Notes: a model not told the origin generated them from the letters alone. Shown: positions 8,890-17,102, counted from the first letter of the stretch. The stretch: 36,810 bases of DNA from an uncultured Streptomycetaceae bacterium (GCA_964581835.1 CAZOQY010000001.1:1-36810); one strand, 5' to 3'. Program-made: numbers and translations.

Positions 8890-9843
8890 TTACTCGTCGC
8901 GGATACCGGCTTTCTGGATGACTTTCGTCCATTTCGCGATGTCGGACCTGAGCAGCGCCGCGAACTCCTCGGGCGAGCTGGCGACGATCTCCATCCCGGA
9001 ATTGAACATCCTTTCCTTCACGTCCGGCGTGTCGAGCACCCGGGCGATCTCACGGTTCAGCCGCGCGATGGTGGCCGCCGGGGTTTTGGCCGGGGCGAAC
9101 AGTCCGAAGTTGGCGGCGGACTCGTAGCCCGGCACGCCGGATGCCGCCACGGTCGGCAGCCCCGGGAACAGCGCCGAGGGTTTCGTTCCCGTGACCGCCA
9201 GCGCCCGCAGTTTGCCGGACTTGATGTGCGCCGTTACCGCGCCCGGGGCGAGGAACATGAGCTGCACCCGTCCGCTGATGAGGTCGTTGATTGCCACCGA
9301 GACGCCCTTGTAGTTGATGCGCACGATGTTCACCCCGGACATGAAGGTGAACAGTTCCGCGGCGAGGTGGGTGGAAGAGCCGAGCGCCGACGAAGCGTAG
9401 TTGAGATCGCCCGGACGGGCTTTCGCCAGCGCGAGCAGCTCCCTGACCGACTTGACGGGAAGCGTGGGAGTGACGACCAGCACGTTGGGCGCTCTCACCG
9501 TCAGCATCACGGGGGAGAAGTCCTTCAGCGCGTCCCACCGCGTGGCGCGCAGGAGCGGCGTGATCCAGACGGTGTTGCCGTAGTGCAGGAGCGTGTAGCC
9601 GTCGGGCGCGGATCTCGCGACGTGCTCGGGCGCGAGGCCCGCGCGGTTCTCGACGATGACCGGCTGGCCGACCGCCGCCGACAGCCCCTGGCCGATCAGC
9701 CGTGACGCGAAATCGCCGGCCCCGCCGATTTCCGACGTCACCAGGTTCAGCCGCTTGCCCGGGAATTCCTGGCCGGCGGCGGAGGCGGCGTTGAGCGCAA
9801 TGGCGCCGGCTGCTGCGAGAACGGTTGACAGGCGGAGCGTCAT
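8890..9843 (-). CDS. Bug/TctC-family periplasmic solute-binding protein (divergent subtype)
   Basis: The ORF is 8890..9846; the first codon is GTG at 9846 and an ATG follows at 9843. It has a signal peptide MTLRLSTVLAAAGAIALNAASAAG. Motifs include ENRAG, APDGYTLL, INYKG and RALAVTGTKPSALFPGLPT. It is closest to the paralog at 24613..25560. Confidence 0.88.
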   Translation of the reverse strand: MTLRLSTVLAAAGAIALNAASAAGQEFPGKRLNLVTSEIGGAGDFASRLIGQGLSAAVGQPVIVENRAGLAPEHVARSAPDGYTLLHYGNTVWITPLLRATRWDALKDFSPVMLTVRAPNVLVVTPTLPVKSVRELLALAKARPGDLNYASSALGSSTHLAAELFTFMSGVNIVRINYKGVSVAINDLISGRVQLMFLAPGAVTAHIKSGKLRALAVTGTKPSALFPGLPTVAASGVPGYESAANFGLFAPAKTPAATIARLNREIARVLDTPDVKERMFNSGMEIVASSPEEFAALLRSDIAKWTKVIQKAGIRDE

Positions 9844-9851
9844 CACGAATC

Positions 9852-9875
9852 CAGGTGATAAACCAGATGATAAAC
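9852..9875. repeat. tandem 12-mer CAGGTGATAAAC CAGATGATAAAC
   Basis: Two adjacent copies differ at one position. They lie in the divergent region between the Bug gene (start 9843) and the DHDPS-like gene (start 9977). Confidence 0.7.
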
Positions 9876-9976
9876 TTTCGGTCAGGAGTATCGGCGGTGT
9901 TCGATTGCGCCGTCATGCTGGCGGGCGGCGCGGCAACATCCTGCAAGCTTACATCCATTCCCCGATCGGAGCATCC

Positions 9977-10906
9977 ATGAGCAGCAAGAAGTACAGCGCG
10001 ATCGTGCACAGCCTCACGCCGTTCGACGCGAAATTCGAGCTGGACGAGGCCGCGCTGCGCCGGCACCTGCGCCGCCTGGCGGAGGCGGGCCTGTCGGTGT
10101 ACCTCGGCGCGGCCGGCGCGGCGGAGGGCTACACGCTGACGCGGGACGAGCGCGATCGCATCCTGTCCATCGGGGTGGAAGAGTTGAAGGGCAGGGTCCC
10201 GGTGCGCGCGGCCGGGGTCGAGCCGCGGGATACGGCGGAGATGGTCGAGTTCCTGCGCAGCGCGGAGAAAATCGGGGTGGATGCGGCGCAGATCTATTCG
10301 CTGGACATGGGGCACGGGCTCGTGCCCGGCCGCAAGGAGATCGAACGCTATTTCATGACGGCGATCGAATCCACGTCCCTGCCGGTCATCATCTCGAACC
10401 AGAAGAAGGTGGGCTACCCGCTGCCGCTCGATCTGGTCGAGCATCTGGCCGCGCGTTATCCCAATCTTGCCGGCTATGCCTACGACGTCAACGACACGTT
10501 CTACATGATCGAGCTGCTGCAGCGGCTCGGCGATCGTCTCGAGATTCATTGCTCGGGCACCGAGAACGCGATGTTCACGCTCGCGATGGGCGGCCGCGGC
10601 TACCAGGGCATGGAGGGCAATATCGCTCCGAAGCTCGCCGCCTCGGTCGTGTCGTCGTTCGCGGCCAGCGACATGCGCGGCATGCACGAATCCTTCAGCA
10701 AGCTGATGCGCCTGCGCACGATCATGCGAGGGCCGGTGCGCAGCAACCAGCGGGGCGCAAAGGCGTTGTTGAGCGCGTTCGGTCTGCCCGGCGGTTACGT
10801 GCGGCCGCCACGCATCACCGTGAGCGGCGCCGAACTGGAAGACCTGATTGCCGCGGTGCAGGCGCTGCGGATCCCGGAAATGGCGGACTGGAAACGCGTG
10901 TCCTAG
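9977..10906 (+). CDS. dihydrodipicolinate synthase/N-acetylneuraminate lyase-family (class I aldolase fold) protein, atypical active site
   Basis: The ATG at 9977 (MSSKKYSAIVHSLTPFD) follows GGAG. Family architecture is recognisable (TPF..ELDEAALRRHLRRL, RVPVRAAGV, LPVIISN). The positions aligned by eye with E. coli DapA T44, Y133 and K161 read A, S and A. Confidence 0.65.
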   Translation: MSSKKYSAIVHSLTPFDAKFELDEAALRRHLRRLAEAGLSVYLGAAGAAEGYTLTRDERDRILSIGVEELKGRVPVRAAGVEPRDTAEMVEFLRSAEKIGVDAAQIYSLDMGHGLVPGRKEIERYFMTAIESTSLPVIISNQKKVGYPLPLDLVEHLAARYPNLAGYAYDVNDTFYMIELLQRLGDRLEIHCSGTENAMFTLAMGGRGYQGMEGNIAPKLAASVVSSFAASDMRGMHESFSKLMRLRTIMRGPVRSNQRGAKALLSAFGLPGGYVRPPRITVSGAELEDLIAAVQALRIPEMADWKRVS

Positions 10907-11012
10907 TTCACGGGAACGACGCAGTGGAAATGTAACCAAAGGTAAACGAAGGGATAGCCCGTTTCTTTTCATGCTCCAACCGTGCATGCGGGCATGAAAG
11001 GGGCTGCCGCAC

Positions 11013-11657
11013 ATGATCCATGATGCCGAACAAGAACCAGGGGCTGCGCATCGCATCGCCGGCCTTTTGCTGATCGCGCTCATTGCGGGTTGCGCCGGCC
11101 GCGAGCGCGCGCCGGAGGCCGACCCGCCCTGGATGGCGCCGTCGCCGGCCGTGAAGCCGCAACCGGCCGAGGCTCCGGCACCCAGGCCGGTGGAGACGCC
11201 TCCGAAGCAGGTCACGACGGTCGCCGTCGCGCCGGAGCCGCCGCCCGCCGTCAGGCCCGAACCGGTCGTCGTCAAGCCGGAGCCTGCCCCCGAAAAGCCG
11301 GTGGCCAGGGCGCCCGTGGCGCCCGCGCCGAAACAGCCATCCGCGCCGGCGCCCAAGCCGGCGCCGCTGGACCTGGCGTCATTGGAGAAGCGGCTGAAGG
11401 ACACCAGCGCCATCGGCGTGTTCACCAAGCTGACGCTGAAGAACCAGGTGGACGACCTGATCAACCAGTTCCGCTTGCATTACCAGGGGCGGACCAAGAC
11501 CACGCTGGCGGCGCTGCGCCAGCCGTACGACCAGTTGCTGCTCAAGGTGCTTTCGCTGCTGCAGGACAGCGACCCGCCGCTGGCGCGCGCGATCGCGGAT
11601 TCGCGCGAGGCAATCTGGGGCATACTGTCCGATCCGGAAAAGTTCAAGAATCTCTAG
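11013..11657 (+). CDS. lipoprotein with proline-rich linker, unknown function
   Basis: It has a lipobox LIAGC, followed by about 90 aa of P/A/V/E/K-rich linker (PAPRPVETPPKQ...KPEPAPEKPVARAPVAPAPKQPSAPAPKPAP). A structured C-terminal region of about 95 aa follows (LEKRLKDTSAIGVFTKLTLKNQVDDLINQF...). Confidence 0.6.
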   Translation: MIHDAEQEPGAAHRIAGLLLIALIAGCAGRERAPEADPPWMAPSPAVKPQPAEAPAPRPVETPPKQVTTVAVAPEPPPAVRPEPVVVKPEPAPEKPVARAPVAPAPKQPSAPAPKPAPLDLASLEKRLKDTSAIGVFTKLTLKNQVDDLINQFRLHYQGRTKTTLAALRQPYDQLLLKVLSLLQDSDPPLARAIADSREAIWGILSDPEKFKNL

Positions 11658-11671
11658 GCGGAGGCGCTGCG

Positions 11672-11920
11672 ATGAACAACCCCATCAGGAACTGGATGCT
11701 GGCCGCCGCGCTGCCGGCTTTCCTGGCCGGACCGGTGCTGGCGCAGGACACGCTCGCGAAGGACCTCACGTCCACGATCGCGCTGCTCGGGCTGCCCTGC
11801 GGCCAGGTCGTGAGTTCGAAACGGTTGAAGGACAACGACTACCTCGCGGTGTGCAAGGACAAGAACCGCTACCGGGTGTACGTCAACGAGCAGGGCCGGG
11901 TGGTGGCCCAGAAGCAATGA
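11672..11920 (+). CDS. small secreted protein, unknown function
   Basis: The ATG at 11672 follows GGCGGAGG. The signal peptide is MNNPIRNWMLAAALPAFLAGPVLAQ. The mature 57 aa contain two Cys (LPCGQVV..AVCKDKNRYRVYVNEQGRVV). Confidence 0.6.
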   Translation: MNNPIRNWMLAAALPAFLAGPVLAQDTLAKDLTSTIALLGLPCGQVVSSKRLKDNDYLAVCKDKNRYRVYVNEQGRVVAQKQ

Positions 11921-11930
11921 TGAATGCAGA

Positions 11931-12335
11931 ATGATGAATAAAACGTTCCTGCTTCTGCTGGCGGGTCTGTTTCCCGGCGGTGCGGCGCTGGCGGCGGAGC
12001 CGGCGCAGCCGCGCTACAACACGGTGGCGCTGCAGGCGGAGGCGCAACGCGAAGTGCAGAACGACCTGCTCAACGCGACGCTGTACGTCGAGGCGAACGA
12101 CGCCACCCCGGCGGGCGTCGCCAACGTCGTGAACAAGACGGTCAACGAGGCTCTGCGCGTCGCGAAAGAGTACAAGAGCGTGCGCGTGCGCTCGGGCAAC
12201 AACCAGACGTACCCCGTCTATTCCCGCAGCAACCAGCTGCAGGGGTGGCGCGGGCGCGGGGAGATCCGCAACGTGGAGGGCGGCGTCAGCGTCATCACGG
12301 TTACCGCCAACGGCGCCATCGAGGTACTCGAGTAG
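11931..12335 (+). CDS. SIMPL/DUF541-domain periplasmic protein, apparently internally deleted
   Basis: A signal peptide is followed by YNTVALQAEAQREV..LYVEANDATPA..GNNQTYPVYSRSNQLQGWRGRGEIR, then directly the family-typical C-terminus GGVSVITVTANGAIEVLE. The product is 134 aa, whereas family members I recall are about 230-240 aa. Confidence 0.55.
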   Translation: MMNKTFLLLLAGLFPGGAALAAEPAQPRYNTVALQAEAQREVQNDLLNATLYVEANDATPAGVANVVNKTVNEALRVAKEYKSVRVRSGNNQTYPVYSRSNQLQGWRGRGEIRNVEGGVSVITVTANGAIEVLE

Positions 12336-12336
12336 C

Positions 12337-12426
12337 AAGGCGAAAGGCGAAAGGGCTATACCCCGCTGTGCGGGGTCGAAAAGCAGGCTTCTCAGGCTCC
12401 TTTCGCCTTTCGACTTTCGCCTTTAC
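12337..12426. repeat. palindromic element built from heptamer arrays (AAGGCGA x3 ... CCTTTCG x4) with inner hairpin
   Basis: The left arm is AAGGCGA AAGGCGA AAGGGCT (12337-12357). The right arm is CCTTTCG CCTTTCG ACTTTCG CCTTTAC (12399-12426). At least 14 bp are complementary (12341-12354 with 12399-12412). The loop contains CCCCGC-TGT-GCGGGG (12361-12375). It lies between convergent genes. Confidence 0.8.
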
Positions 12427-12434
12427 CCGGCCCG

Positions 12435-13343
12435 TCACTTTTCCAGCGCGTACTGCTGCACCAGCTCGATGAAGCGGGCGCGCTGGGGCGTGTTGCCCTC
12501 GGCGCCGCTGAAGACGAGCAGCATGGTACTGTTGGCGGCCGTGCTGACCGAGAGTTCGCGCCAGGCCACGTCTTCCATGTGGATGGCGCGCAGGGATGCG
12601 GGCATGATCGTCACGCCGAGGCCTGCCGCCACCAGCCCCAGTATCGTCGTCGCATCGTGCGCCTGCTGCACCACGCGTGGCGTGAAGCCGGCGCGCTCGC
12701 AGAGCTGATAGACCTGCTCGTAAAAACTCACGCGCGAGCCCCGCGCCCGCAGGATGAAGCCCTCCTTCGCGAGGGACTCGACGGGGATCTCCCGTTCCGG
12801 TTCGGCGAGCGGATGGCTCGCGTGCAGCGCGAGCACCAGCCGGTCGTTGAGGACGGGAATCGCCGTGATCCCGCCGGGCATCACCAGCGACGCGGAGGGG
12901 CGGATCAATCCGACGTCGAGGGAGCCGGCCGCGAGGGCTTCGAGGATCGGTTCCGACGTCGTGAGGCGCAGGTCGAGCTGCACGTCGGGCAGCGCCTGGC
13001 GGTAGGCGCGCAGCGCCCGGGGGAAAACGCGGGAGAACGGCGCGGTGTTGGTGAAGCCGATGCGCAGCGTGCCGACCTCGCCGCGGCCGGCGCGCTTCGC
13101 GGTCTCGATGGCCTGGGCGGCATGCGCCAGCGCCGTGCGCGCTTTTTCCAGGAACAGTTCGCCCGCCGGGGTCAGTTCCACCCGCCGCCGATTGCGCTTC
13201 AGCAGCACCACGCCCAGATCGCGCTCGAGCGCCTGGATGTTCATGCTGAGCGGCGGCTGGCTGATGTGCAGCCGTAGCGCCGCGCGGCTGAAACTCAGTT
13301 CTTCGGCCACCGCGACGAAATAGCGGAAATGGCGCAGATCCAT
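12435..13343 (-). CDS. LysR-family transcriptional regulator
   Basis: The N-terminal wHTH reads MDLRHFRYFVAVAEELSFSRAALRLHISQPPLSMNIQALERDLG, followed by a typical LysR substrate-binding domain. It is divergent from the catabolic cluster that starts at 13451. Confidence 0.95.
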   Translation of the reverse strand: MDLRHFRYFVAVAEELSFSRAALRLHISQPPLSMNIQALERDLGVVLLKRNRRRVELTPAGELFLEKARTALAHAAQAIETAKRAGRGEVGTLRIGFTNTAPFSRVFPRALRAYRQALPDVQLDLRLTTSEPILEALAAGSLDVGLIRPSASLVMPGGITAIPVLNDRLVLALHASHPLAEPEREIPVESLAKEGFILRARGSRVSFYEQVYQLCERAGFTPRVVQQAHDATTILGLVAAGLGVTIMPASLRAIHMEDVAWRELSVSTAANSTMLLVFSGAEGNTPQRARFIELVQQYALEK

Positions 13344-13361
13344 CAGGTATGGGGATTCTTG

Positions 13362-13380
13362 TTATATATAAATCAGATAA
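13362..13380. promoter_or_regulatory. LysR-type T-N11-A palindrome (TTAT-N11-ATAA) in divergent promoter region
   Basis: TTATatataaatcagATAA lies in the AT-rich 107-bp spacer between the LysR start (13343) and the aldolase start (13451). An adjacent ATAA-N12-TTAT sits at 13377..13396. Confidence 0.5.
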
Positions 13381-13450
13381 CTGATAAGCGAATTATATAC
13401 TGGACTGGCTGTATGAAATAACCAAGCATCCCTCCATCAGGGAGGTGAAC

Positions 13451-14254
13451 GTGAACACCGCAAAAGCGCTGAGAGAAAAACTGGCCCGGGACCAGGCCGT
13501 GTTCGGCGTGTGGGCCGCGCTGCCCGACGCGTTCGCCGCCGAACTGATGTGCGTCGACGGCGTCGACTACATCTGCGTGGACCAGCAGCACGGGCTGGTG
13601 GATTACAACGACATGGTGGGGATGCTGCGCGCGATCGAGGGCCGGCACACCGCCGTTCCCTTCACGCGCGTGCCGGTGAACCAGCCGTGGGTCATCGGCA
13701 AAGCGCTCGACGCCGGCATGCAGGGCGTGGTCGTGCCGATGGTCAACAACCGCGCGGAAGCCGCCGCCGCCGTCACCGCCTGCCGCTATTCGCCGCGCGG
13801 CGTGCGCTCGTTCGGCCCGGTGCGCGCTTCCATGGTCATGAACAGCCGCGACATCGGCGTGATGGGCGACAGCGTCCTGTGCTTCGTCATGGTCGAGACC
13901 CGGGAAGGCGTGCGCAACATCGACGAGATCGCGAGCACCCCCGGCCTCGACGGCATCTACGTCGGCCCGGCGGACCTGGCGCTCGGGCTGGGGCTGCAGC
14001 CCGATCTCGACAAGGAGGAGCCGGAGCACGTGGCGGCGGTCGAGCGCATCCTCGCGTCGTGCAGGAAGCACGGCATCGTACCGGGCATCCAGTGCGGCAA
14101 CGGCAAGGCCGCGCGCAAGCAGGCCGACCGCGGCTTCCGCTTCGTGACCTTCACCAAGGATTCGTCCCTGCTGCCCGCGGCCGTAGGCAAGGAAGTCGCC
14201 GCGCTCGGCGTGGAAACCGGCATGAAAAATGCCTCGATGAAGGGGTACACCTGA
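13451..14254 (+). CDS. HpcH/HpaI-family class II aldolase (2-keto-3-deoxy-acid aldolase type)
   Basis: The ORF is 13445..14254, with GTG at both 13445 and 13451. AGGGAGG ends at 13445, which favours 13451. Motifs include GVW..LPD..AELM...GVDYICVDQQHG, VVPMVN, VMVET and DGIYVGPADLA. Confidence 0.85.
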   Translation: MNTAKALREKLARDQAVFGVWAALPDAFAAELMCVDGVDYICVDQQHGLVDYNDMVGMLRAIEGRHTAVPFTRVPVNQPWVIGKALDAGMQGVVVPMVNNRAEAAAAVTACRYSPRGVRSFGPVRASMVMNSRDIGVMGDSVLCFVMVETREGVRNIDEIASTPGLDGIYVGPADLALGLGLQPDLDKEEPEHVAAVERILASCRKHGIVPGIQCGNGKAARKQADRGFRFVTFTKDSSLLPAAVGKEVAALGVETGMKNASMKGYT

Positions 14255-15741
14255 TGGGACACCCGGAAAAATTCCAGTACCGCGACGAAGTCGGCGAGCT
14301 GATCGCCAATTACGTCGTGAACGTTTCCGGCAAGCTCGACGCGCGCGCCGAGCGCGGGGCGAAGGCCGCGCTGATCGATTCGGTCGCCGTCTCGATCGCC
14401 GCGCTGCGGCATCCGGCCGCGCAGAACGCGCGCAGGCATGCTTACCGTTTCCCGGCCGGCGCGGGCGGATGCGTGCTGTGGGGCACGTCGAAACGCGCAT
14501 TCCCCGACCTCGCCACGCTGACCAACGGCGTGCTCCTGCGCTGCCACGACTACAACGATTTCTTCGTGGGGCGGCGCAACAGCGGCCACTCGAGCGACAT
14601 CCTCTCCGGCGTGATCGCCGCCGCCGAATGGACCAACGCCCCCGGGAAAAAACTGCTTTCGGCGGTGGCCCTCGGCTACGAAATGGTGGGGGCGGCGTTC
14701 GATGCGTTCTCGACCGCGCCGGGCGGGTGGGACTATACGAACCTGTCCACCCTCGGCGCGACCGCGGCCATCGCGCGGCTGCTGAATCTGAATGCCGACC
14801 AGACGCGCGAAGCCATGGGCATGACCGTGGTGCCCCATTTCGCCAGCGACGAGATCGAGTCTGGCGAATTGAACAAGCGCGGCGACCTCTCGATGTGGAA
14901 GCGCTTCAACGGCAGCGACGCCGCGCGCAATGCGCTCCAGGCCTGCCTGCTGGCGCAGGTGGGGGTCGAGGCGGCGGTGCGGCCTTTCACCGGCAAGTGC
15001 GGCTTCATACAAAAGATGAACATGAAGGACGACCCGGTCCCGGTGCTGCGCGAATGCCTCGACCCGAAACGTCCGCTCGCCCGGGTGAACGAGGCTTTCA
15101 TGAAACGCTGGCCGGTCGGCTCCGTGGCGCAAAGCGCGATACAGGCCGCCATACAGGCGCGGTCGCGGATCAAGGACCTGTCGACGATCAGGCAGATTCG
15201 CGTCTTCGCCGAGGAGGGCGCCTACGATCACCTGGTCAAGATCCGCCAGGACCCGTGGAACCCGATCTCGCGCGAAACCGCGGACCATTCGCTGCCCTAT
15301 ATCGTCGCGGCCGCGGTTCTGGATGGCCGCATCACGGTCGGGAGCTTCAACCCGAAAGTGGTGCTCGATCCCGCGCGCCAGGCGTTCATCAAGAAGGTGA
15401 CCTGCACGCCGGCGCTCGAGCTGGGATCGCATGCCATGGGCAAGCACAAGCGCGTCGAGATGGGCTACCTGTCGCGCGTCGAGATCGAGTTGAACGACGG
15501 CACGGTGGTGAAGGGCGATGCGCGGCCGTTCCCCGGGCATCACAAGAACCCGTTCTCCGACGCGGACTTGAATGACAAGCTGCGCGAGAACGTCGAGCCG
15601 ATCGCCGGCGCTCGGCGAGCGGGCGAACTGATCGAGCTCCTGTGGTCGCTCGACAAGGTCGGGAACACGCGCGAGCTCACCAGACTGCTGGCATTCGGCA
15701 GTAAGATAGATATCGACAGCGCCCGGGTGCGCGAGAAGTGA
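14254..15741 (+). CDS. MmgE/PrpD-family protein (divergent, not a canonical 2-methylcitrate dehydratase)
   Basis: The ATG at 14254 overlaps the aldolase stop (TGATG). The product is 495 aa. Motifs include ALIDSVAVSIAAL, LRCHDYNDF, HSSD and ADHSLPYIVAAAVLDGRIT. Confidence 0.85.
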   Translation: MGHPEKFQYRDEVGELIANYVVNVSGKLDARAERGAKAALIDSVAVSIAALRHPAAQNARRHAYRFPAGAGGCVLWGTSKRAFPDLATLTNGVLLRCHDYNDFFVGRRNSGHSSDILSGVIAAAEWTNAPGKKLLSAVALGYEMVGAAFDAFSTAPGGWDYTNLSTLGATAAIARLLNLNADQTREAMGMTVVPHFASDEIESGELNKRGDLSMWKRFNGSDAARNALQACLLAQVGVEAAVRPFTGKCGFIQKMNMKDDPVPVLRECLDPKRPLARVNEAFMKRWPVGSVAQSAIQAAIQARSRIKDLSTIRQIRVFAEEGAYDHLVKIRQDPWNPISRETADHSLPYIVAAAVLDGRITVGSFNPKVVLDPARQAFIKKVTCTPALELGSHAMGKHKRVEMGYLSRVEIELNDGTVVKGDARPFPGHHKNPFSDADLNDKLRENVEPIAGARRAGELIELLWSLDKVGNTRELTRLLAFGSKIDIDSARVREK

Positions 15742-15775
15742 CGGGACCGGATAAACGGACTGGAGGCGAACGGAC

Positions 15776-17056
15776 ATGCTTTCCGAGGAACTGAATACCC
15801 TGCTGACCCGCACCGGGCCCGGCACGCCGATGGGCGAACTGCTGCGGCGCTACTGGATACCCGCGCTGCTCGATACGGAACTGCCGGAGCGCGATTGCCC
15901 GCCGGCGCGGGTCAAGCTGCTGGGCGAGAAGCTGGTCGCTTTCCGCGACACGGAAGGCCGCATCGGGGTCATCGACGAATTCTGCGCGCACCGTGGCGTC
16001 TCGCTGTGGTTCGGGCGCAACGAGGAGAGCGGGCTACGCTGCCCGTACCACGGCTGGAAGTACGACGTGAACGGGCAGTGCGTGGACCTGCCGTCCGAGC
16101 CGGAGTCGTCCGGCATGTGCTCGCGCATCAAGCTGAAGTCCTATCCCTGCGTCGAGATGGGCGGCGTCATCTGGGTCTACATGGGGCCGCCGGCCGAGAA
16201 GCCGCCGCTGCCCAACTTCGAGTGGGTGCACCTGCCGCATTCGCACCGCGTCGTCACCAAGCGCTGGCAGGAGAGCAACTACCTGCAGGCGATCGAGGGC
16301 GGCATCGATTCCAGCCACGTCTCGTTCCTGCATCGCGGCGACATGGCGACGGACCCGTTCCACAAGAACACCGGCGGCGCCAGGCTGGTGAAATCGATCA
16401 AGACCACGTTCGACATCCTCGACGCGCCGGGCGGATTGCTGGTCGGCGCGCGGCGCGACGGCGATCCCGGCACCTATTACTGGCGCATCACGCAATACAT
16501 CATGCCCTGGTACACGCTGATCCCGCCGTACGCGAACAACGCGCTGAACGGCCACGCGTGGGTGCCGATGGACGACGAGAACTGCATGGCCTGGTCGATG
16601 ACGTTCCATCCCACCGCGCCGATACCCGAGAAGGACGTCGCGCTCATCAAGGACGGCTACGGCGTTCACGCCGAATTGATCCCCGGCACTTTCCGCCCGG
16701 TGGCCAACCGCACCAACGATTACCTGATCGATCGCGAAAAACAGAGAAGCGGCCGCCACTACAACGGCGTCAAGGGACTCGCGATGCAGGATGCCTCGGT
16801 GCAGGAGAGCATCGGTACCATCGCCGACCGGACCAAAGAGATTCTCGTTTCCACCGACAACGCCATCATCCTCGCGCGCCAGCGGTTGCTGAAGGCCGTG
16901 AAGACCGTGCAGGAAGGCGGCCGCGCGCCGGGGCTCGAGCCGGCCGACCAGCTCGTCCGCTCGGCCTCGATGGTGCTGCCGGTGGATGCCGATTTCAAGA
17001 AGCACGCGCTGGAGGCGGTCAAGCACAAGAAAGGCCAGCCGCATATCGCCGTCTGA
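15776..17056 (+). CDS. Rieske [2Fe-2S] non-heme-iron oxygenase, phthalate-dioxygenase-like (single alpha-type subunit)
   Basis: The Rieske motif is CAHRG-x16-CPYHGW. The mononuclear iron motif is EGGIDSSHVSFLH. The N-terminus LLTRTGPGTPMGELLRRYWIPAL resembles phthalate-family class IA oxygenases. The start is preceded by TGGAGG. Confidence 0.88.
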   Translation: MLSEELNTLLTRTGPGTPMGELLRRYWIPALLDTELPERDCPPARVKLLGEKLVAFRDTEGRIGVIDEFCAHRGVSLWFGRNEESGLRCPYHGWKYDVNGQCVDLPSEPESSGMCSRIKLKSYPCVEMGGVIWVYMGPPAEKPPLPNFEWVHLPHSHRVVTKRWQESNYLQAIEGGIDSSHVSFLHRGDMATDPFHKNTGGARLVKSIKTTFDILDAPGGLLVGARRDGDPGTYYWRITQYIMPWYTLIPPYANNALNGHAWVPMDDENCMAWSMTFHPTAPIPEKDVALIKDGYGVHAELIPGTFRPVANRTNDYLIDREKQRSGRHYNGVKGLAMQDASVQESIGTIADRTKEILVSTDNAIILARQRLLKAVKTVQEGGRAPGLEPADQLVRSASMVLPVDADFKKHALEAVKHKKGQPHIAV

Positions 17057-17102
17057 GGGAGGCGGGTTTCCGATCAACCATTACGATTGCAGGGAGATCC
17101 AG

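Noticed and set aside
9050-11464. An 804-aa minus-strand ORF. Similar very long ORFs occur at 21822..24242 (-), 32955..34913 (+), 1927..3393 (+), 13957..15825 (-), 1919..3151 (-), 19756..20970 (-) and 20717..21943 (-).
   Set aside because: The translations are Arg/Ala/Gly/Pro/His-rich low-complexity strings with no recognisable family. They run antisense or off-frame to genes with clear family signatures. This is the expected stop-codon-poor shadow-ORF artefact of GC-rich DNA.
12337-12426. A CRISPR array interpretation of the short tandem repeats, including those at 18671..18697, 19716..19750, 25632..25666 and 35778..35812.
   Set aside because: The units are only 7-9 nt and directly adjacent, with no spacers. 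There are no cas genes. This is not CRISPR.
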